Positions 55,305-64,000 of a stretch of DNA of 64,000 nt are shown piece by piece. The DNA is from Eledone cirrhosa. Lineage: Eukaryota. Position numbers and translations under genes: made by a program. Numbering within the stretch: position 1 is the stretch's first letter; every line of letters begins with the position of its first letter. The stretch is from NCBI GenBank assembly GCA_964016885.1, contig OZ024745.1:82336001-82400000 (forward strand), read 5' to 3'. Below the pieces are notes generated by a model. The model saw nothing but the letters and a program-made list of their open reading frames with translations, did not search any database and had not been told where the DNA came from.

Positions 55305-56643
55305 TATTACCACAGCATAATTCATAATAAAAGCACACATGGAAGTATATACAATATGTTTATGAAAACATATATGTCTCGCTGTAGCTATTTCAATCTA
55401 TGATAATATCACAGCGGGAGAAGACGAAATACTATATTCTTATCTATCTCCAGTGACGCTATATTCATTCGGTACTGAGGCAAAATAACTTATATAGAAT
55501 TTTGCAAATAATACATTCATGAAGAGGCTCAGTTAGATATAGCGTTGTCTTGACGGGCTGATATTAATTAGTATTAAAAGTACCTATGTTTCAAAGATTA
55601 TTTGGAATTATTTGTGAAAATGTATAAATTTTATTTGAGAAAAAACAAAAAAAGAACAAAAACCAAAAAATAAAAGAAAAACATTTTGATATCATTCTTA
55701 GAAAATCTGACAGCTCGAATGTAAAAACAAAAGCAGAAACCCAAGAAAACAAATAAAATGAAATGAAAAACCTATAGGCCAATTTTGGTTTGATTAATTG
55801 GTATTTCAGAAAAAAGGATGAGCTTCGTTGAATTTTAATGATAATAATACATGTAAGAAAAACCCAATAAATATGCCTGCAATTTGTTTTATATGGTAGA
55901 TTATTTTTAACATAAGTCAGGGATAAAATTATGGATCACGCGAGAAATGTGACTGTAGGTTTTTATAAGAACACCTAAAATATATTAATGTATTGTAACT
56001 TTTCAGAACTAGAAGTAGTCACTGGATAGGTAAAAACACCTGAAAATGTTACCACTGGATAGGTAAGAACACGAGCAGAAAACATATTTTCAGTTGAGGA
56101 TCTGAAGGAAATACACTAAACGAAGCACCGTCACTTTATCAAAGACGACGCCGTCAGCTTCTCGCGGGCTACATCTCAGGAAAGGTATTACTAGCATTGC
56201 AAATTATATGTGTTAATGAGAGCGAAAGATATGATGGGATAGGCAATAGAAATGGTTCAAACGGAACACGATATCGTATGGCAAAGAGACATTTCTGGTC
56301 TACAGAAGCAATTATAAGGAAAAAAACATCAAAGATAATAGGAATGTATTCAAAAGTCAAAGAATGAAAATAAATTGATATATTCGAATTATGTGATTAC
56401 AAGCTAAGTGAAAGTTCATTAAATATGGAGAATGATGAGGTTTCAGTCTGGTTCAATTCATAAATCAAGGAATCCGATATGGCATATGGCATATAATTAT
56501 TAATTATGATCAATCAATGAAATATCCATCGATTAATAAAGTATCAAATCATATATATTGTAAAGAAAAATAAAAGTACGCATGTAAGAATATATATATA
56601 TTGTGTCTACCATTATTATATTTCTTTACTAGATAAATTTCGT

Positions 56644-56703
56644 AACACCTGATGATGTCACTGGGTTCCTACAAAACCCGGTCATTGAAATGTGCATAGT
56701 GTT
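56644..56703 (+). ncRNA. Type I hammerhead ribozyme motif, no adjacent recognisable ORF
   Basis: aacac-CTGATGA-tgtcactgggtt(cctacaa)aacccggtcatt-GAAA-tgtgca-TA-gtgtt. Confidence 0.7.
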
Positions 56704-56905
56704 TGTAATGAATATTTAAGGAATTTCACCAGTCCAGCCTCTCGTCATCTTACTCAATAATAATTGACTCCGTTCTCGCACCACCAACAAGATTCAACAT
56801 AAACGAAGATGGATCAGTTGCATTACGTCGAGTGCTTTTCCTCATATTACATCACGGTTGACTTTATGAAATGATCAGTTCTATCCAGTGGGGAACAAAC
56901 CTAAA

Positions 56906-56959
<54 letters not shown>

Positions 56960-57955
56960 ATTTGCTCCGAAATCATTAGACGTGTCCGTCGAATCTGCGG
57001 ATCCAGAATCAGACAGATCCACACAATGATCTCTCTCGAGCTGTCCGCCGACGAAACAATTGTAACACACAATAAATTGAGTTCAGATGCATCACTGATT
57101 TTTCGTTTTATATTATATATATATAAATTCTGACATGTATATATATATATAACGAGAATATCCTGATATATGGTACGTATGAGAGGAGAAAGGTAGGTAA
57201 TCCTCTATAGGATAAAAGGTAGCAATCAAACATTGCTCCATGAAAAGCAAAGAAAAACATCAGAAATTATGTTTATATTAACACGACACTAGACTCAGAA
57301 AATATGATAAGAAAAAACGTGAAATAATGTTTGACCAAGTAGTATAGGAATAAAACTTTTTAACTAAGCTGTTAAAAGTTTTTACAAGAAAAAAGCTATT
57401 GCTGCTTCAGTCGTGACACAGATTATGGGAAATCTTTCTTACTCGATAATATTACATGAACAAATATGAGAAACAAATAAATGAGGACGATAAGAGCATT
57501 GAAAATAGTGGTCAATATATGGAGATTATTCAGTAACAGCAAAACAGTCGCTCGTGCTCTTTGCATGTAAAGCCATTGCTAAAGACACAAACACACACGC
57601 ACAAATATATATATACATATATAAAATAAATACTTTCCAGATAGTGTTAGACATAGATGTGCCAACAGAATGAACAAAGGAAATTCAGCATACAGCTCTA
57701 TGCATATTAGAAAGCCATATATACACGCAAAAAAGTCAAAATTAAAGACAGTAAAGTAACTGTAAAAAGAACAAAAGGAATTATCGTTATGCGACAGTTC
57801 TACTGAGAAAATACACCAATGAATGATAAAAAAAAACCCAGCAAAACACCGGGAGGTAACTTGTGAGCTGCATGAAAATAATTCAGAATATACGCAGATG
57901 ATTTTTCAAATCAACATCTGCAATTGCAATGTATCGTGAAATAATAATAATAATG

Positions 57956-58010
<55 letters not shown>

Positions 58011-58013
<3 letters not shown>

Positions 58014-58765
58014 AAAAGGCTACAGAAGGAATGTTAATGGCTGCGCAGGAGCAGGCCCTCAAAACGAAGTGGTTGAAACACCACATTTACAAGGAGGAGG
58101 CTAGCCCACTGTGCAGGATCTGTGGAGAGAGAGAGAGAGGAGACTGTGGCTCACATTGTATCCGAGTGAAAACACCTAGCCCAGACTCACTATAAGGGCT
58201 GGAGACATGATGTGATGGGCAGGGTGATCCACTGGCACCTATGCAAAGTAAACAATTTACCACATTCTGAGAAGTGGTATGAGCATAAGCCAGAGGCGGT
58301 GATAGAAAACGATCAGGTGAAGGTGCTGTGGGATTTTAGGATACAGACGACAAGAAACTGGAACACAATAGACCTGACCTGGTGGTTTTGGACAAAGAAA
58401 AAAGATCGTGCCTGATTGTGGATGTGGCCTGCCCATTCGACACGAGAGTGCAAGAGAAGGAGAGGGAGAAAATTAACCGATATCAGGACTTAAAGTGGGA
58501 GGTAAAAAGGATTTGGAACTGCCATGAAGTCAAAGTGATCCCGATTGTCATAGTCGCACTAGGGACTATCTCAAAAAGTTTCCAGGGATGGTTAAAGAAA
58601 ATTGGCCCCTTCACGCTTTTTGGAACACTTCAAAAGGCATGCTTGCTGGGAACAGCAAGAACCCTCCGATACGTCCTGAATATCTGAGACTGCAGGTAGT
58701 GGCTTGATATTCATTTCAACAAACTTTCCAGTTAACTAACATCAATGACTGAGACTCAAAGAGTA
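58011..58765 (+). mobile_element. 3' fragment of an R4/Dong-type LINE (third copy)
   Basis: KKATEGMLMAAQEQ...CRICG...RPD...LRYVLNI, nearly identical to 1362-2036. (AAT)n on both sides. Confidence 0.9.
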
Positions 58766-58794
58766 ATAACAATAATAATAATAAGAAGAAGAAG

Positions 58795-58990
58795 AATAAT
58801 TGTTTCTACTTTTGGTACAAGGCCAGCAATTACCCAGTACATTACTGGCACTTTATTTTATCGACCCCGTAAGGATGAAAGGCAAAGTTAACCTCGGTGG
58901 GATTTGAACTCAGATCATAAAGAGACGTAACTCTATGCTTCAAAGCATGGTGTCCGACTCTCTACCGATACTGCCAATCCACCGACCTTT
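58795..58990 (-). mobile_element. SINE family 1
   Basis: Reverse-complement core. Its tail adjoins the LINE 3' end. Confidence 0.8.
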
Positions 58991-59023
58991 GGTGAAATAA
59001 TAATAATAAGAATAATAATAATG

Positions 59024-60905
59024 ATTTCTTTATTGGCCACAAGGGCTGACATCAAGAAAAACATTACAGACGGCACAGGACGGTACGATGTGGGTTTTGT
59101 GCGTGTAAATATTGTGCGTGTAAATATAAGAAAAGAAAAAAAAAAAAAAATAATAATAATAATAATGAAGATGATGAAGAGGAGGAGTAGAAGGAGGATG
59201 ATGACGACAACAACACAAGAAGAAGAAGAAGAAGAAGAAGAAGAAGAAGAAGAAGAAGAAGAAGAAGAAGAAGAAGAAGAAGAAGAAGAAGAACAACAAC
59301 AACAACAACAACAACAACATAACAAGACCATAAGTCAGATAAAATATATCTTCAGACACGATAAAGTTAAGGATTTTTTACAATAGAAATATAGAAATTA
59401 TGCCCGGAATTATGCAACAACACTCGAAAAGAAGTATTTTAATAATTCACAAGGAAAAATTTCTGAAAATGATAAACCAACCGTACTCCAGAAAAGCAGT
59501 GCGATCAAGGCAAATGAATTGAAAATCGTTTCCAATCAATGTATCAACCCGAAAATGCATTAATATATTTCTAAAATAATGGAGCACTTATCCAAATATA
59601 ACATCTGGAAATAGAGATATCTATAATGTGGTACTGACAACAGAAACAATAGCTTTTGAAAAACAACTGTGAACGGCAGGAAAATATATAAACCCTACTT
59701 TATAAATGTATGAACGTTACGTTAAATGGGGAAGAAGAGAAGGAAAATATGATAATACTGAGAAGGTGGCAGGTGGTCATGTAGGGGGCATATTCTTATG
59801 TATGTTAACTACAGGTTCCTACAATTCCTTCACTTCTCTTCACCCAGAAGGGTGATTAAGTCCGGGATCCTGTCGATTTTTTTCCGGTTTGATCTGGAGC
59901 AGTAGTTCCTAACAGGTTCACGACTTGGATTCCCTCTGGGTTATTTTTACCTTTAGAAGGGTTTCCTCATCCTCCAGTGCAATTCTTGCCAGGACCCACT
60001 AGATGTCCATTCTTGGTGGCTATACTGGTTGTTTTAGTTCTTCCCATGTGGGAAAGGAACAGTACGAAGTCCTTCGCTTGCCCTGGAATGACTGAGTGTT
60101 TTCCTACGAGGCATTCGCTTCGGAAGAGCACCGAGATGAGATGTACGCATATTTCCTATATTTCTCGATGTGCTCTATTCCTGGCATCAAGTTCTTCAGA
60201 GCTGCCTCTACGTGTGATGGTAGATCCTATACATTTGGGGGTGATGGTGCACCTTTCGATGTCTGCCAACACCCCGGGGCACATTTATGAATGCTGTAAT
60301 ATTAAAAAAATCTATTAATTTTCTAGCCTCTGCTAGACGCGTTTTTTTCTTTTCTGAAATCTCAATTTCATAATAAAGGGTATTTTTCTCTGCGGTCGCG
60401 GCGAAAGATATTTCATTGTTTCTGCTGCTGTCGTTATTGATATGCCGCTGTTGCTGCCGTTGCTATTGCTGCTGCTACAGCTGGTGGTGTCATTGTGGCT
60501 GCTGCTGTTTTTACGAATGCTGCTGCCGTTGTTGCTGCTGTTGTTACGACTGCTGCTGTTGTTGCCGCTGCTGCCGTTGTTGCCGCTGCTGCTGGTGGTG
60601 ATATTGTTGCTACTGCTGCCATTGTTGCTGCTGTTGCTGTCGTTGGTGAAGTTGTTCTTGGCGCCCGTAATGCTGGTGGTGACGGCCTTTGGACTGTCAC
60701 GTAACATGATTTCTTTACTCGTACATGATTTAGTCGGGGTGCTGCCTCCATTAAATAAACAACAAAAAACCAATGCCAACAAATTAACAATGTCGAAGTG
60801 AAATATATGGACCAAAGGTTCAAATAGTTCTTATGTCCCCATTAAAACAAAAAAGTCCAACAAAATCAACAACACTTACAAGAGCTCCAAAATAACACGT
60901 CTGTA
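59024..60905 (-). mobile_element. Tx1-type remnants: 3' tip (59024-59140) and degenerate ORF1/5' end (~59800-60905), with (GAA)n/(CAA)n at 59218-59320
   Basis: Shared tttctttattggccacaaggg terminus, LFLSHMGR resembling ORF1 FFPTYMGK, an S/N-rich low-complexity stretch, and cacgtctg like the other 5' termini. Whether this is one element is uncertain. Confidence 0.5.
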
Positions 60906-60924
60906 ACTATGAATCGCTAAAGAT

Positions 60925-61210
60925 AATAATGGTTTCTTATGTAAGCACAAGGCCAGCAATTATGGGGGAGGGGAAAGCCGATTAAATTAACCCCAGTGCG
61001 TGACTGGTACTTTATTTTATTGACCACGTAAGGATGAAAGGCAAAGTTAACCTCGGCGGATATAATAATAATAATAATAATGATTTCTAGTATAGGCACA
61101 AGGCCAGTAATTTGGAAAGGGGGGAAAGTCGGTTAAATTGACCCACTACGTTACTGCTGCTTTATTTTATCGACCCCTTAAGGATAAAGGCAAAGTTAAC
61201 CTCGGTGGAT
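60925..61210 (-). mobile_element. Two tandem 5'-truncated SINE family 1 copies
   Basis: Reverse-complement core (aaggatgaaaggcaaagttaacctcgg, one variant) twice, each with an AAT tail. Confidence 0.75.
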
Positions 61211-61249
61211 ACGATAATAATAATAATAATAATAATAATATTAATAATG

Positions 61250-64000
61250 TTTTCTTTATTAACCACAAGGGTTTACATAAAGTAGACATTAAGAACAGTA
61301 CAGGACAATACAGGACGTTACAAATGGGCATTTCTGCGTGTAAAAAAACAGAGGATGTAATAAAAAATAATAATGAAAAATTCCCCAATAGGGGGGAGAC
61401 TTCCGAGGGACATTTGTGGAGAAAGCCCATTAAAAGGCCACAGTGACCCTGAACACCAGGGCAAGTGCCCTCTCCCAGTTTTCCTCCTTTAATTTACAGA
61501 CACATACTCAGAGTAGGACCATTCACTCGGGCCATACTTGCTTCTCTCACCCATCTTTCAACAAAATGCTGGGAAGTGAGCACTTCCCTCTCTACTCTGA
61601 TTTTCCTTTTCAAATGAAATTTGAAAAGTTAATCAGGGCATCACCGAAGAAGTAAGTGCTCATCTTCAGCCCTTTCAAACGTGTCCACTATACTATCTCT
61701 TTCGCATGGCCACCAGACAGATAAAAACTGCCTGCCCTTCCCGGCTAAAGGAAGTCGGCGGGGCAATCCTCACGATGGACTCAGCTGATAGCTGGATCCG
61801 TCCTACACGTGACAGCAGGTGTTCGACATAAACCCACAAGTCAGCAATGCTCGGACACTGGACGAGTGCGTGCCGGACGGTTTCGTCGCCCTGCGCGCAT
61901 CTCGGACATGCTCGGCTGACGGCACCCCCATGCCTGTAGAGTTTATGCCGAACAGGCAAAACTCCTCGGTAGCACTGCCAGGCCATGGATTTCTGGAATT
62001 TGTCCATAGGCCCCGGGCCGAAAGTCCTTCCGAAGAGATTGGCTAGTTGATTTTCTTCGACGCCTAGAGTTTCTCCAAGTACGCCGTCGCTCTTCCCCTC
62101 CACTAATCCTCTATAGAACGCCAACGTGGAGTTTCCACCGATCACGTTGCCCGATTGGTCGAGGGCTGTGAGCGCCTGAAGACATTCCAGTCTCCAAGCG
62201 CTCCCTCTCGGTCTTCGCTTGACCACACCTGATCACCGTCGAGGAAGAGGTGGAGATGTCGTAGCCTGAGCGCGTGTCTGCGCATATCAGCCACGGCATG
62301 CCCAGCCCTCCAGGTAGCGGGTGTTGACATGCAGATGGACCGCCTGACCATCGGAGCGCGTCCCTTCCACAAAAGGCGAAAGAGCAAACGCTCCAGCGCA
62401 GTCAGGCGGGGCTTAGGACAAGGTAGGACGGCCAGGCGGTAGTAGATGACAGACGCGATGTACGCGTTAACCACCTCCGCTAGACCTTTCAAGGATAGCT
62501 TCCTCTCCGCCCATTTATGGGTGAGAGAAGCCACCCTGCTCGTCACCTCGTCCCAGTCTTTGTCCGTCTGGAGATCCGGACCGAACCAGACCCCTAGCAA
62601 TTTATCCGGTCCTTCCGTCCAGCGCCCGACGACGCTGTTGGACGGCATGGACCTGCCTCTCCAGGTGCCGAGCTGCATGCCCACTGACTTTTCCTGGTTG
62701 ATCATTGCTCCTGTCACCGCTTCGTATTCTCTTAGTGTAGTGCCGATCGCCTCGATGTGTTTGGCGTTCGACACCACTACAGTGACATCGTCGGCATATG
62801 CTGACACGGATCTTCCGCATCCTAGTTCGCGCGGGACACCCCTCAACGTCTCCAGTTTGTGCAGTAATGGCTCGAGAGTCAATACGTACAGGAGGGACGA
62901 GAGGGGACATCCTTGGCGGACCGAGCGCATGATGTTGAACGGTTCCGAAAGGTGACCGTTCACTCTCACCACAGAGCAGATGTCGCTGTGCATGGCAGCG
63001 ATTTAGCCTCTGAAGACGGGCCCAAAGCCAGCCGCCCTCATGACTGCCGCTGGGTAACGATGGTCGACCCTATCGAAAGCTTTCGACTGATCTAAATTGA
63101 TCCAGGACCCACCCGTGCCAGGTTCCCTAGCTACCCTCTCTACGATGTATCGCATGAGGTGGAGGTTGTCGTGGATGGATCTGTCGGGAATGGCGCATGT
63201 CTGCGCCTCTCCCACCAGACCACCAACGACAAGCGCCAACCTCTTTGCTAGCACCTTGGCCAAAATCTTGAACTCTGTGTTTAGCAGAGTTATGGGTCTC
63301 AAATAATCTATGTTATCCCCCTTGTTCGGATCCTTTCTCAGCAGCGCCACCGCTCCTCGGCTCACAGAGCTGCGAATTCTCTCGTTGTGTTGCCAGTTGC
63401 AGTAGACGTTCGCCAAGAGGCCTCCGAACAAGTCTGGCATTTGTACGTAAAATACATAGGGCAGACCATCGAAACCAGGCGATTTACTCCTTGTGCAGCC
63501 AGTCATTGCCTCCCGTACTTCAGCGGGTGTTATCGGCTTTTCGCAACACTCTGCCTCAGTGGACGAGAGCCGCGGCAGTCCGTCGAGGTAGATACTAAAG
63601 TCCATCACTCGATTCGGCCTGCCGCTGCCCCCGAACAGCTAGCCGAAGTGCCGCTGGAAAGCTTCACACATTTGCCCGGGATCGAGTAGCATGCGCCCGT
63701 CGTGGTCCACCAAAGACTGGATCGTGGCTTTGTTGCCACGATGCGCCTCCGCCACTCTGGCCCATTGAACGGCTTTCGTCCCCTCGTGTCTGAGAGCACG
63801 CACCCTAGCTCTGACAACGCAGCCTTCGTGCTTTGCATTGAAGAATTGGTCAAGGGCCAATTTCGCCGCAAGTACGTCGGTCGCAATGCCTTTGCTAAGC
63901 GCCTCGTCTAATTTTCTAACTAATTCTCCCTCTGCTCTATTTTTCTCTATTGCTGAAGCCTTACTAAATCTAATAGACTCTATTCAGAGCAAACCACCAC
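61250..64000 (-). mobile_element. L1/Tx1-type LINE ORF2 (copy 4), disrupted, continuing beyond the window
   Basis: KSPGFDG, RPITLLN, DQSKAFD, RQGCPLS, YADD, CPRC..H..C. Confidence 0.9.

Overview
AT-rich, microsatellite-dense animal genomic DNA. A cephalopod/octopus origin is inferred from the SINE family and repeat landscape but is not verified. Most of the window is retroelement sequence: two full-length but disrupted L1/Tx1-type LINEs in tandem plus three remnants; three R4/Dong-type (restriction-like endonuclease) LINE copies inserted in or beside (TAA)n SINE tails; four Penelope-like elements (RT and/or GIY-YIG), two with long inverted arms; an RTE fragment; a non-autonomous Helitron; and many tRNA-derived SINEs. 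Three putative minus-strand exons of an unidentified, largely disordered host protein are interspersed, including a 2.46-kb exon with SxIP and LC8-like motifs. The most notable signal is about ten type I hammerhead-ribozyme motifs found by eye. They lie at Penelope 3' ends and in two small non-coding 'retrozyme-like' families (about 466-nt and 321-nt units) inserted in (TA)n tracts. Several carry non-canonical cores. One copy forms a near-perfect DNA palindrome whose axis coincides with the predicted self-cleavage site. All structures were read by eye; no folding or database search was run.
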